Part shown: positions 24,593-37,928 of the stretch, in pieces
How the letters are laid out: each line of letters begins with the position of its first letter
Position numbering within the stretch: the first letter of the stretch is position 1
Origin: Lytechinus pictus
Lineage: Eukaryota
Direction of reading: 5' to 3'
DNA length: 64,000 nucleotides
Assembly: GCF_037042905.1 (NCBI RefSeq)
Contig: NC_087263.1
Location: forward strand, 14,696,001-14,760,000
Notes under the pieces: model-generated
The model's input: only the letters and a program-made list of their open reading frames with translations
What the model was told of the DNA's origin: nothing
The model's database searches: none
Position numbers and translations under genes: made by a program

Positions 24593-25729
24593 GTAGGATC
24601 ATTCATGGACCGATCCTAATTCTGCCGTACTTTGGCAAAAGGAAGCAAGTTACAAAAGTATCATTTGTTGTAAATGAGCAATGTGTGTTCGTCATTTACA
24701 TAGGCATCAATGCAATTTAACAGCATATTTTTTTCAATATCTTTCCATAGAACAATAATTTCCTCCTCAAATTTTGCCTGAACATGCAGCATACAAAGGG
24801 TGCTTCAGAAACAACATTAATTCAAATTTGACTGATGTGTCACTAGCTTCCTTTTGCCAAATTTGGGCAGAATATGTCACGGGCGTCAACTTCTGATATC
24901 GCTCAGCGACCCCGAAGCGCGAAGAGTTGTTTTCCACAGCTGTTATCGTTGATGTTGTTGTAGTTGTTGATGATGATGATGATGATGATGATGACGATGA
25001 TGATGACGATGATGAGGATGATGATGTTGTTGTAGCTGATGATGGTGATGATGATGACGATGATGATGATGACGCGTAAGTGAATTTATAAACACGACGG
25101 ATTATCAGTGTTGTTTGTACTAACGTCTTAGAAATAACATGTTGAAAATGAAGTTAATAATGGCGTCCGTATAACAAGTGGCCCATGGATATATAGACAC
25201 ACCTGGATTGATAGATCGTGTCTTAAATTACATTTAAAAAGAGACTTACTTCTATGTAATAATGTACAAAATCCATTTAGCATTGTAAAAAAATGCATAC
25301 GACCAGAAATGATGGATAATTTATGAAATCATATTTTCCTGTAAAAAATCCGAGTCCGAGTATTTTGTACCTAGCCTATATACTAGTACTTTTAGTATAA
25401 CACTCCCGACCCATATTCTCTCTCGCCCCGCCCCCCCCCCCTCTCTCTCTCTCTCCCTCTCTCTCTCTAACTCTTTCTTTTTTATTCCCTTTTTTCTCCA
25501 GAAATCAATACAACCCACCAATCAGATCACGCTACTGACGGTCATGCGCAGTAACGCGTTTACGAGTTATCATCCGCACCCTTTTTACCCTTCAATCATA
25601 TGCATTTGTTTTTCTCTTGATATATATATACATTAGCCTAGTACACATGTACCTGTTAATTAATGGAGGGTAATTCACCGCCTTTCATTTTCTTCTGTGT
25701 CATCTGAATTGGTGAGTAGCTATTTTCTA

Positions 25730-25971
25730 CACTGCAAAAACTCAGGTGTTGATTTAACACCAGCCCGGAATCTATATATGTCCACACCAGAGAAGTATTG
25801 AAAGAACACCAGTTTGGAATCAAACCGATGTTGTTTTAATACTAATTGGTGTTGTTTAAACACCTATCTGGTATTAGACCAAAACGAAACTGGTGTTGTT
25901 TAACACTTCTGTTGTGTGGACATATATAAATTCCGGGTTGGTGTTAAATCAACACCAGAGTTTTTGCAGTG
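25730..25971. mobile_element. CACTGCAAAAA palindromic MITE (family also at 30322-30561, 39012-39206, partial 30130-30240)
   Basis: TA|CACTGCAAAAACTCAGGTGTTGATTTAACACC...GGTGTTAAATCAACACCAGAGTTTTTGCAGTG|TA. Confidence 0.85.
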
Positions 25972-27670
25972 TAATTTACTTTACAATTCAGTATCATTAA
26001 CCGAACAAAAATACAGTTTATACTCTTTGAAAAAGTGAATTTTTACTCGCTTTGTACTCCGTTGGTACTGAAATCAAGGAACATTCAGTTTTGAGTAAAT
26101 TTAGAGTAATCGTACGGATGTTTCACACAAATCTATTATTTAAAGGGTGAACCTCACTCAAATACAAGTGAAAGTCACTCTTAATCAAGTGATATATTTT
26201 CAACTCCCTTCGAGGAGTGGATCGTTCACCTTATTTTCAGATGGAATGTGCAGGATTGACGGCCTACATACAGTGGCGCTGAAAAGTGAACGACACCAGA
26301 AAAATAACACAATTAATGTGTTCAAGTTCTGCCCGGTTTTTAGATATTTAATTGTGAAGTCAGGTGATGAAAAAAAAAAATACATTAATAAAATATTGTT
26401 CCTCTGGGCTCGTCAAACATTGTAGCGTTGTTGTCTACGTTCAACACTCAGCATGGAGGAGTGCATTTTGTGGCTGGGTTCACTAACTTTTGAGCACAAC
26501 GGTATTTAAAGGTTTTTATGCTAACAAAAAAACAACAACCAAAATTACCATCTTGAATTTACGATCGATGCTTAAGTGGGATTTCAATAGATTTCGATTT
26601 CAAGCTCTGTAAAAACAACATATTATTGTCTGTAAAGGTTAATCGTAACTTCATATGCAGGGGGCATGGATACTAGGGCATGAAAAGAATTTATTACCCA
26701 CCCCCCCCCAAAAAAAAAAAAAAAAAAAAATGTAATGTATTGTATTGTAATAGTAAACCAGGAATTCGGCTTATGATATTACTAGCTATATATGCTATAT
26801 TCCTTCAGAGACAACATCATTTTTCATCACAACAAGGTCGCGTCATAACCAAACAAAAGTATAACAGAAGACAGTCCCATGGAATTTACATAGTATGCAT
26901 ATTTTATGTATATATCTGTCATGTTTTATATCATAATATCACAGAAATAAGTATTGCAATCTGAACAAGGCGAGTCTTACGCTTAAAACTGAAAATGTGT
27001 ATATTGATCTACAGCATTTTTCCTCTGTAAAACAACAATTAGTATAAGAGATTTTGTAGATGGTGATCTCTATGCAAAAATGCTTGTGTATATTAAAGGG
27101 ATAGTTTCACTTTGTGAGCAGCTGATTTAAAAAAATTATCAAACTGAGATGAAACATGTGTATGAGTGCCTGTATGTCCTCAAACATCATGAAACAGACC
27201 ACAATATAGGATGAAAAACTCTAATTTAGATAAAGTAATAATTTAATAGCCAATAATAATAACAACTACACTTTCCATTAATGATTTTGTAAATGGCCTC
27301 TACGGGAACACCCCAATACAACAATTACCAACAATGACTGCACTCTTTATACACTGTAAACAACATTGGGAAAATTTTTAACCAGCATGAGGGAAAGTGT
27401 GTGTCCAACCAATTCGGGCCAGTATTTTACCCAATTCAGGAAGCATATTGTCCAGTAAGGTTAAAGAATAAGCAGCATTTACTTTAGAATGGGCAAAATT
27501 TTCATCACACTGGATAAACAAAAACGCCCAAAAGAAATGCCCAATGTTGGTTGGACAAATAATTACCATCATGGAGCAATTTTTACCCAATATTTTTTTA
27601 TAGAGTGTACAACAAGATTCAACCTCTCTATAACAGTTGGAGTTTACCTTTAGATATGATATTGTAAATG

Positions 27671-28030
27671 ATAATAATAATAATAATAGCCAATTTTTAT
27701 AAAGCGCTTTTCCCAAAATGGCTCAAAGCGCGTTACAGCATATTATTACCCCGGTCATTGGATTCATTTTAATCCCGCACGAAAAGTGCACAATTTCCAC
27801 TCCCTGGGGAGCATTCCTTGCATTCATCGCAGCCTCATTATGGCGCTGGCAAAATCAAACATACAATATCTTTCGCATCCTACCGGGTACCCATTTAGCA
27901 CCTGGGTCGAGAGTGGCAAAGTGTGGATTAACGCCTTGCCAAAGGACGCTAGACCGCGGTGGGATTCGAACACACGACCCTCTGTTTACAAGGCGAGAGT
28001 CAGAACCACTACACCACGGCTCTTCCACTA
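27671..28030 (-). mobile_element. tRNA-derived SINE with L2-like 3' tail
   Basis: A box TGGTGTAGTGG, B box GTTCGAATCC, core CTCGACCCAGGTGCTAAATGGGTACC, tail AAGCGCTTTATAAAA..(TAT)n. Confidence 0.85.
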
Positions 28031-28252
28031 ATGATCGCTATGATTTATAAACAATTACATTCTATGGAACAACAGTTAACTATTGTCATTGTAAAACAAC
28101 AATTACACTTTGTACAACAACACTAAGGCCTATTAAAAGGGTTTTGTAATGATGTCACATACATTCTTTAGGACAACAGTTACTGTAAAACCTCTGTATA
28201 ACAACATCTACACTATTTTTTTAACAAAAATAATAATTAACCTCATCATTAA

Positions 28253-28836
28253 AGGAGAATGAAACTCTTGGAGCAAGTTAGCTTTTGTGAAAGCAGAAAA
28301 ATCAAAGAATAAGATCAACAAAAGTTTGAGTAAAATAGGACTAGCAATAGAAGAGTTATGAGCATTTGAATGTCGAGATCACTAATGCTATGGAGATCCT
28401 CCCATTGGCAATGCGACCAAGATCTATGATGTCACAGATGAACAACTCTCCCCTTTTGGACACTGAAAATATACCCCAAAACATCTCTTTTTGCTCATTC
28501 TAATCATATGACAAACGATTCATCAATGATATAATGTTGTGAAACCTCTGTACTTGTCCTCTCATAAAGAGAACACCTCACCTTGTGATAGACTCTATAA
28601 AAGTGAGAATATAAATGAAATAAGTACTAAAGTAATGAGGGAGTTGTACGTGTGTGACATCACAGATCTTGGTCGCATTGCCAATGGGAGGATCTACATG
28701 GCATTAGTGATCTCAATATTAAAATGCTCATAACTTTCTTATTATTCATTCAATCTTCCTCAAACTTTCAACAATATGTTTGTTTGATTTTTCTCTTTGA
28801 TATGGATTCAGCTGGTTTCAAGGGTTTCATTCTCCT
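28253..28836. mobile_element. Kolobok-like MITE, intact
   Basis: TTAA|AGGAGAATGAAAC...GTTTCATTCTCCT|TTAA, plus ~80-bp internal inverted blocks (28355-28435 vs 28655-28735). Confidence 0.88.
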
Positions 28837-31181
28837 TTAAGGATCCTGTATATAACGGCTATCATGATAATTTTTCTGTAAATAATTGTATGTAATGTTA
28901 TGTTGAATTGCATGTTTCTCGATAATTATTCATTCGAATCATCGATGGAAATGAATAAACGGTGATTATTCATTTTGGATTAACCTCGATTTCAATCTTG
29001 GTATTATCGCTATGGATGCATGTCAGTGATATTTGCCATTCGATAGCGTCTATTTTGCTTAAAGCAGACCGAATGATGGTGTGAAATCGATGTGTTTTAG
29101 CGAACAGCTGGGGTAGGAATATTAACCTTCGGAAAGAAAATCCTAGTTTAATCGGTGAAATAAAATCAATTCTATTTGTTGCATTTCAACAAACGTAGTC
29201 CGTGTCTGTCCAGGGACCCGTTGCACAAAAAGATGTGATCAAATACATCTCCTAAAAAATCTATCGAAAGTTGATTTTCAACCAATGAAATGGGCGTATG
29301 AGGGACTTGCGTTTGATTTTTTGAGTAACAAAATCGGAGCTCCGTGCAACCGGCCCCTATTCTCTGATTTTCTACAACATGTGTATCTTAATAAATACGC
29401 AAAGTAACAAGCACCGATTGGTACAAGAAATACTTTTTGAAGGTGGGGGTGATAATATAATATTCTCACCATCAGGGCCTTGAAATTGGGAGTTGAACGA
29501 TAAACAGAACTCGTGGTCTTGAACTTGAAAGTGAACTTAGTAAATTGTTATCTAATGGAAATATTATACAAGAATTGGGGAAGGTATTCGAAGATGAGAG
29601 TCTACGGAATGTTAGATTTCATCTTCATGAATTACCATTATTCATAGTAAATACCCCCCCCCAAAAAAAAAAAGGGGGGAAGAAATAAAACAAATAAAAA
29701 AATGAATTAATGAATAAATAAATACATAAATTACATAAGCATAGAGATAAATATGTATATATTTGGCACATGCACTTTACCCTTGTGACACACACTTCAC
29801 CAAGTTCTGCAAGAATCTTCAGGATTGAAGGAAGCAGACTACAAAGAAGAAGAAGAAGAAATAATTAATGAATGAATGAAAATAGAAATGAAATAAATAA
29901 TTGAATAATGAAATGAAATACGAATTAAAAATGATGTGTAATAAACAAATTAATAAAATAATAAGAATATATAGCAAAAAAAGATAATGATAACAATAAC
30001 ATAAAATATGAATAGAAAATGTAATAAACACATTAACAATTGTTTGCATTTTCTTACTGCATAAAATAAGCACTTTGAATAACAGTCGGCTAGGTTTGAT
30101 CTACGAATAACTAAACGAATACTCTTATACACGGCAAAAACGCCGGTGTTGATTTAATACCAGCTTGGTATCTATATCGGGCCACACCAGAGAGGTGTTG
30201 AAACGACACTGGTTTGGTGTTAAATCAACACCGGTGTTTTTGTTTCGCATAGTATAGCTTCATGATATGAGTTTAATTTATGGAATTTTTATGGCCGTTC
30301 ACGACCATTTTGTATTGCTTACACTGCAAAAACGGTGTTGATTTAACACCAGCCCGGAATCTATATATGGCCACACCAGAGAAGTATTGAAACAACACCA
30401 GTTAATAATCAAACCGATATTGGTTTACCACTAATTGGTTTCGCTTAAATGCCAAATTGGTGTTAGCCTAACACCAAACCGGTGTCGTTTCAACGCCTCT
30501 CTGGTGTGGCCCGATATAGATACCAGGCTGGTGTTAAATCAACACCGGAGTTTTTGCAGTGCATATAGCTTCATTCACTCCCTGCAGGCATTACAGGCAA
30601 GCCCCGTGGTTCAACTTTTGATTTTGAGGAGATTTTGAGGTTTTGAAGGATAATTCCTGCAATACACAAATATCCAGGATTTTCAAGGTTATCTAGAAAA
30701 ATTCCGTAAATATCAGGATGGCCAAAACGTGCACAATAACTTGAATATTCTCTTAACAGTAAGATCATTGCATTTAAAGTTGATGTTCTCTCGCTCCGGT
30801 TGTTCACAAAAATTATGTTAGACGGTACAATTTGTAATTTGATGCAGTGAGTAGATGCATAATTCAATAATTCATGACATTAACATCCCTAATAATCGAT
30901 TAAACAAAATGAACAGAAAGTATTATCGTATCCCATTCGAATAACTTCAAGATATTTTCTGCAATTGCAAGATTTTTCATAATTCATTTCAGGATAACTC
31001 ATTTTCAAAACTAGCCATGGCTCGTGTAAATTGTCATTTTTATTCTTCATGTTTAAACTAGATTGTTCATACTAATGCCCTCAAATAATATTCAATGAAA
31101 GTCCAAAATTGGACGTCCGATTTTCTCTAACTCTGATGATACATCCAAGCGTTTGCGTTAAGTACGGGATCATTGGACAAA

Positions 31182-31923
31182 CCATGGACCTATGAAAAGA
31201 TGGACGATTAACGCGAGCATTTCTTTGATCCAATGATAGTCACCGTCACCTGATGAGAACACACAGGTGTTGTAACAATAGCAATTGCCATGACTACCAA
31301 GGGTATCTGATCACTCAAAGACGGAACAGTTTCCCGGTCTTGATTTTTGTTGGCTGATACCCTGTTTCAGCATGTGCCCTTCAGTCAACATGCTTCATAT
31401 ATGGAGCAGCAAACCTGAGAAGCAGACGATTTTTATGATATAAAATATGATATTATTCGATCCGCTAACTACCGCTCACACATAAGGACCTCATTAACAT
31501 TGAGAGATACACGATCTATACGTGTTATGTGCCACGTATATCTGGAATATTATGAAGAAACTTGGGAAAATTAAATCTTAAACTGTTAAATGGTAAACAA
31601 TCAATCACAATATTGCCTCTACAATGTTTATTCAAATATGCAGACATTTCCCCCAAATAAAACACATGGAACTAAGATTACCAAAGGTAAACAAGAACTG
31701 CACATCGATTTCCCATGATTTAAGTGATTTGTTATCTATTGCGCATATAATTTGTGAAATATAAATTTCCAATCACTAACTGCTTCAGTCCCTTCTCACG
31801 GTGACGATCATAGGACCAAAGAAGACTAGTATGAAGAGAATGTTATTCAGATGACAATTACAGTCACCTGTTGGTGAATTCATTATCTAAGCGATGAATG
31901 TCCATCTCTTCATAGGTCCATGG
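31182..31923. mobile_element. Non-autonomous TIR element
   Basis: CCATGGACCTATGAAAAGATGGAC...GTCCATCTCTTCATAGGTCCATGG, a 24-bp TIR. Confidence 0.75.
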
Positions 31924-32342
31924 GATGATGCATTGTGCTGCTGCGTTTCTTTTTCAGAACCAAACTCGGTCATCTATATCAGATCCAAATCTCTCTTACG
32001 TAAGCACTTTGAATAACAGTCATCTAACTTTTGATCTACGAATAACTAAACGAATACTCTTATACAGAATATCAACATGATGTTATTGATGTACGTTTAA
32101 TTTATAGAAATGTTGTCGTTTTCAGTTCTGTTAATCATGTTCTGATTTGTTCCTACTTACTTTGTCAATTTGTTTGAAATGAAGAAGAATAAATTCAATC
32201 AATCAATCAATCAATCTTAAGCAGGCCTATCTAAATTAATTACATTTATTGTAACATCATATTCAAGAACACGTTACAGCAATCAAGTGAACTGTTATAT
32301 ATGAAATCTGACAAATTGTTTAGTGTTTGATAGTTTTTCCAA

Positions 32343-32777
32343 TAATCCAGTTCGTAGTTCCACTCTGCGCATGATCAGAGGAAGGTCATTGGTACTAAAG
32401 TGACATGGTGGTTTAGAATTTAATGAGATAAGCACCAACGGTGATGTTTTGATTATTCATATATTCTTTTGAATTGTGTTTTTCATTTACATCCACAAAA
32501 ACAACAATGCGTCCACGAATGACTGGTATTTCACAGTTTGCCAAGTACATTGTACAACATGCTATCATATGCATTCAAAATAGAAATGCCACAAATAGAG
32601 CGTTCGTTGGTGTGCTATTATCTAGTCACCTGGTCTATTCAATTTCTTCATCCTGCTATGTAAGGCATGCTTACGTAATACCTGGCTTTGAAATCTGCCT
32701 TTCATAATGAAAGAAATGAAAGGTCATTTGAGGTCATTTTACCAAAATTGTCCATAAAGTCACTACGAACTGGTCTA
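32343..32777. mobile_element. TAGACCAGTTCGTAGT family element (reverse copy of 48714-49132)
   Basis: Near-identical termini, e.g. CCAGTTCGTAGTTCCACTCTGCGCATGATCAGAGGAAGGTCATTGGTAC. Confidence 0.85.
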
Positions 32778-33053
32778 TTAAATGGAGTTGGAAGTTTACG
32801 GTACCAAATACCAACTTCATATGGGCTCAACAAAAAACGCTGGGTGATTCAGACAGTTCCCACGCCACTGTTCGGTTCGATTGCTGTTATTTTAACTGCA
32901 AACGGTAGGATAATCAATCAATATTGTCTGTCGCATAAAATAAGAGTTTACGTTATATGTTAACATCGCATTTGTATTTTCTACAAGAACTGGTGCAACA
33001 GCTATGCCAACTATTATGTGTTCATTTCCGATTGTTCTTGTTAGCCTCTCCTG

Positions 33054-33364
33054 GGGCCGATTGCACGAAAGGGTCTTTCCAAGGACAGTCTTTCGTGTCG
33101 CCCATCTTTTATGATACGCCATGTGAAACGCATTTCAAATAAATTATCTGCAAATATATTTTATTTGTCCGTTAAAATAAACAAAATATTTGTTTATAAA
33201 ATGATGTGATATCTCATGAAATTGTATAAAATTTGATTTAAAAGCAAGCTTACGAATTTTATTTGCTTATCATAAATTTCAGAAACACCCCGCTTATAGC
33301 GCATCATAAAAGATGGGCGACACGAAAGACGGTCCTTGGAAAGACCCTTTCGTGCAATCGGCCC
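33054..33364. mobile_element. Harbinger-like MITE
   Basis: CTG|GGGCCGATTGCACGAAAGGGTCTTTCCAAGGAC...TTTCGTGCAATCGGCCC|CTG, ~60-bp TIR with 3-bp TSD. Confidence 0.88.
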
Positions 33365-33719
33365 CTGGTTCCTGAGACCTATACACAGCAAAAACTGTGG
33401 TGTTAACCGGTGTACATGGAGGACCACACCAGTTATTTTACTCCGGTGTTAAATTGATGGTGTTACTTTAACACCTATAGGTGTTATTACAGCACCTTTG
33501 GTTGTTACATTTACACTCTTTGATGTTATGTTCAATCTCTAGGGTGTAATTTTAACACCTCGGGGTGTGGTCCTCTATTAACACCAACTGGTGTCAGTTT
33601 TAACACCACAGTTTTTATATTTAGGACTAAAGGTCAGAGGTATGGGCTTCACACCCCAATACAGAATAGTGGATAGTTTTCTACTCCTTGACAAGAATCA
33701 TGGATCCAAGAGTTATGAT

Positions 33720-34113
33720 AATAATTATAATAATAATGTGACTTATGTGACTTATAAAGCACCAAATCCACTCTGTAGAGTACTCAAGGCGCATAAAGAG
33801 CTAACTGTTAAATAAAAAAAAGTTTTTAGAAGATTTTTGAAAGTCTCGACAGAGATACATTTTTTATGTCTTCAAGAAGGCTATTCCACAAAGTGGGGCG
33901 TGCAAAAGCACATGATCTTTTCCCCCAAGTTTTTGAAACTTTTGGAATAACAAGGTAGCCAGAAGTGGATGGGCGCAAAGACCTACTTGATCTGTAGTAA
34001 TTGATAAATGAAAGACTGCATCGTGGTGCTGATCCAAGAATACTATGAAAAGCAAGCAACAAAATCTTAAAGATAATCCGATTTTTGATAGGGAGCCAGT
34101 GCAGCGAATTCAT
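33720..34113 (-). mobile_element. L2 LINE 3' fragment
   Basis: SLHWLPIKNRIIFKILLLAF...WGKRSCAFARPTLWNSL, followed by an L2-like tail. Confidence 0.85.
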
Positions 34114-34302
34114 AACCTTAGCCTAATGTTTGCTGAGAAATGAAGGAACAACAATAACTTATTGTCAAGAGAGCGAAGTTCGTATACAGGTATTAGTATA
34201 TCACCATGACCAACGGCACCATTCGACATGATGGGACAGATCAATCTAGCCCGTCTCTCCCTCCCGAGTGCCATTGTATTGTCATTTCTAAAGTGGTCTT
34301 TA

Positions 34303-34465
34303 TACCTTGGTCACATTTGCTCTACGGCGGCCGTACGGCGAGTCGAAAACAGCCGTTTTATTAATTTTAATTTAAACCACCTGTATGTAGTTGGTACAAG
34401 AAAATGTTAAAACGGCTGTTTTCGACTCGCCGTTCGGCCGCCGTAGAGCAAATGTGACCGAGGTA
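34303..34465. mobile_element. PIF/Harbinger (Tourist-like) palindromic MITE
   Basis: TTA|TACCTTGGTCACATTTGCTCTACGGCGGCCG...CGGCCGCCGTAGAGCAAATGTGACCGAGGTA|TTA, ~57-bp arms. Confidence 0.88.
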
Positions 34466-34591
34466 TTAATCAACAAGGGTTGTGACTAGGTAATATTTCG
34501 CTTTTTATCTGTGCAGGTCAACATTCCGAAAGGATTTGAGTACAAGCCTTCGGCGAAGAGTTGTAAATTCATTTGGTGACTTTATACCAAG

Positions 34592-35471
34592 ATGTTTATT
34601 TCCGCGTTAACGTTCACAGTGCTTTGGGTCGTTGCTCTGGCAACAGCCCAAACAACACCCACTTCCACGATGTCAGAACCGCCAATGGATGAATGGTACC
34701 CCTTCAAGAACCCAGGAGAGATCCTTCCAGATGGGGCACTGACGATACCTTACATCCTGGACGTTGTAGGTGGGTTCTGGACACAGTATCGTCTGATAGA
34801 CTCCTACGTATACCTCTGTTCTGAAGTGCTTCCAGAGTTGGCCCAGAGAATCCCGGAAATAGGCAATATGAGTGGCATGTGGGAACCGGTTTGTGAGGAG
34901 GTCATCTCTTCTAGGGACAACGAGGATGGATTCAATGCCACAGAGTTCTGCAATGCTCTTGTTGCTTTGGGAATGGACGTGCTAACAGGAGAATCCAACA
35001 TGACCGCTTGGAATGGCTCTGGAGATATGTCGGGCATGCCAGGCATGCCCGGAATGGGCATGATGAACATGACATTAGGAGACACCATGATGCCTGGCCT
35101 TGGTGGGAACCCCGAGGATCTATCAATGCTGTTCTCACCCCTGCTTGAATCAGCTGCCAGCGTTGCCCAGGAGCTCTATGGAATCGATATAAACGATCCT
35201 ATGACAATATGCCCTCTAGCTCACCACTTCCTAGAGCCATCTTTGCCGAAATTGATCTACGATTTCGAGACGAAGATGTTGAGCACTATGTTGACTTCGG
35301 GAGAATTTGGGTGTGATATTGTGGATGAGATCCTAGGAGATGTAGGGATTAATTCCACCTCACCTCTATATCCGATTGCCCAGGAGATTGAAGCGCTTGT
35401 TTATGAAGCCATGGGATTCGATAGCAAGCAGGAGCTTTGTGATGAAATCACCGAAGCATTGACGAATTCAG
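34592..35471 (+). CDS. REJ/PKD1-like exon 1: signal peptide and acidic N-terminal region
   Basis: Acceptor TGCAG|G at 34517 (5' UTR part), ATG 34592, signal peptide MFISALTFTVLWVVALATA, donor TCAG|GTAAGA, phase 1. Confidence 0.9.
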
Positions 35472-36257
35472 GTAAGAGGATGTAGCCTTGATGGATGATT
35501 GTAATCATGGTGATGCCGACTGTGATGGTGTTTCTACTGTTGGTAGCGACAGTGATAGTCATGGTGGTAGTAATACAAGTAATAATGGTGTAGGGGCAAT
35601 TATGGTGGTGGTGGTGGTTGGAGTATGATTGGTTCGTCAACAGCTATGGGTGTTGTGGCAATTTTCATTATGGAGGGGAGGTAAAAATGGTTATGATTAT
35701 GGAGGGTGGTGGAAATATTTGTGATGTTTACAGTATTTTGTGGTCACATCTTAGATATGGATATGGGGGTAGGTGGTGTTGCTCATGGTGGTGGATTTTG
35801 AGGGGGTAATAGAAATAATATATGGTTGTCATGGAAATATTGATAATGGATTGGTGATAGATTGAGGGCGGTGATTATGGTAATGATGTGCTGCTTGTTG
35901 TGCTGCTGCTGGTGATAGTGATGACGGTGGTGAGGATGTTGGTGGTTGTGGTGAAGGTGATGGTGGTGGCTTGATTGAGGTCATTGCAGTGACAGATGCA
36001 TAACCAGTAAAGTTACATGACAAGTAGATTAAACGTCCCATATCTATGAAGTGCACAATATTTTACCGCTCTGTGTCCCCTATCCTGTTTAATAACCGGA
36101 TTCAGGTTTCAGCCATATATATATCATAGAATGCATAACGTTTCAATTCATGTTCTCATCTTTGTTTGGGGCGATTAGGCGGTTAAGTAGACCCTCGCCA
36201 TCTAGAATGACTATGTTCTGTTTGTAAACTCATATCTTAACGTCGTATCCTTTTCAG

Positions 36258-36497
36258 AAGCTGAAGACCTGGCAACAGAAATCGTTAACCACCTCTTTTT
36301 CATCCTAACCGACGAGGATGCGTGTGGGACTATAGCCCATGGCGTCGTAGACATCATCAATGACGTCATAATGATGATGACCCCAATTGATAACTCGACG
36401 GACACTCCGTGGATGATAACCGATGACGTCATCTACCAGTATACCGGATTCATGAGCATCGATGAGATGTGTGAAACTGTCGATAAGACCTTCTCTG
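36258..36497 (+). CDS. REJ/PKD1-like exon 2
   Basis: TTTTCAG|AAGCT...TCTG|GTACGT. EAEDLATEIVNHLFF...GFMSIDEMCETVDKTFS, phase 1-1. Confidence 0.88.
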
Positions 36498-37076
36498 GTA
36501 CGTGTAAACATCCCTACAAAATAATGGTTAGATCCTACGTTTAATGACACCTCAAAACAACAACAAGAAGTAAAATTGTCATGTGGTTTTGAATTTCGCT
36601 CCTAAATTTAACCATAGGCTTTGAATCTCATTCCTTTCTTCAGTTCTTAACGCAATTATCCCCTACTGGGAAGAACACAGTGTCCCACAATGTGTACCAC
36701 AGTGTGTGCCACAGTGTGTTCACAGTGTGGAACACAATGTGAAATCACATTCACACTGTACAATTTGAATATTTCAGAAGTGTGAAACATATATTTACAT
36801 AGTAGACCATGTGAACACGCTGTGCAGTCACTTTCGAGGTGTCCAGTGTCAATTTTTTTTTCACACTGTTGAATTCCAGCATTTTGACAGTGTGGATAAT
36901 ATTTTCACACCGTCCAGTATGTGAACACACTGTGAGCATAGTGTGTGACATATGATTGTATTCTTTCCAGTAATGAAGAGGAGACCCCGGAGGTTAGGTG
37001 AATAAATTATTATTGGCAAAAATAAATTGATTCATTAATTTTCCTAATTTTGTATACCAATACAAGGACCATTTAA

Positions 37077-37664
37077 AGGACAAGTTTACCCCCAAGAAAA
37101 AGTTGATTTGAATAAAAAGCGAAAAATCTGACAAGCATAACACTGAAAATGTCATCAAAATCGGATGTAAAATAGGAAAGTTATGACATTTTAAAGTTTT
37201 GCTTAATTTCACAAAAACAGTTATATGAACTCCTGGTCGGTATGCAAATGAGGAGACTGGTGTCGTCATCCACTCACTATTAATTTGTAATTCATTATAA
37301 TTTTCTAATATTCTAATTTTTTCCTCATTGTCAAGTGAAACAACGATAAATCCCTCCCTGAACATGTGAAATTAGCATTAATACTGTATGGTTTTGTCAG
37401 GTTGGTCCTTAATGTCAAAATATATCTGTAAAAATGAAATATTTATTATATAAACAATAAAAAACAGTGAGTGAGGGACATCATCGACTGTCTCAATTAC
37501 ATGTCACTGAGTTGTGCATATAACTGTTCTGTGAAAAATAAGCGAAACTTTAAAATTTCATTACTGTCTTATTTAACATCCGATTTTGATGAAATGTTCA
37601 GCATTATGCTAGTTAGATTTTTCTCTATTTATTCAATCAACATTTTCTGGGGTGGACTTGACCT
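37077..37664. mobile_element. Kolobok-like MITE in intron 2
   Basis: TTAA|AGGACAAGTTTACCCC...GGGGTGGACTTGACCT. A right-end fragment also occurs at ~60660-60752. Confidence 0.8.
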
Positions 37665-37808
37665 TTGCGTATTCGGGGGCGATATTTCATATCAGATAGT
37701 TAAAACGTGATCGACAAGGTTATGTAAAATGAGAATGTACTATATAGATGAAGGAAAGATGATAATTAAATTGAATAACACTTTTTTTCTCTCTCTCTCT
37801 TCTCTCAG

Positions 37809-37928
37809 GATGCCCCTCAAAAGGTTTCGACCGAGATGCGTGTAACGTTTGCTCCATGTCAACGGAAGATGGCGCCCCATCATTCCTCTCATCCGGTCAC
37901 AGAGACTGCGACATGAAGTGTCCCTTAG
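37809..37928 (+). CDS. REJ/PKD1-like exon 3 (Cys-rich)
   Basis: (CT)nCAG|GATGC...TTAG|GTATTT. GCPSKGFDRDACNVCS...HRDCDMKCPL. Confidence 0.88.
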
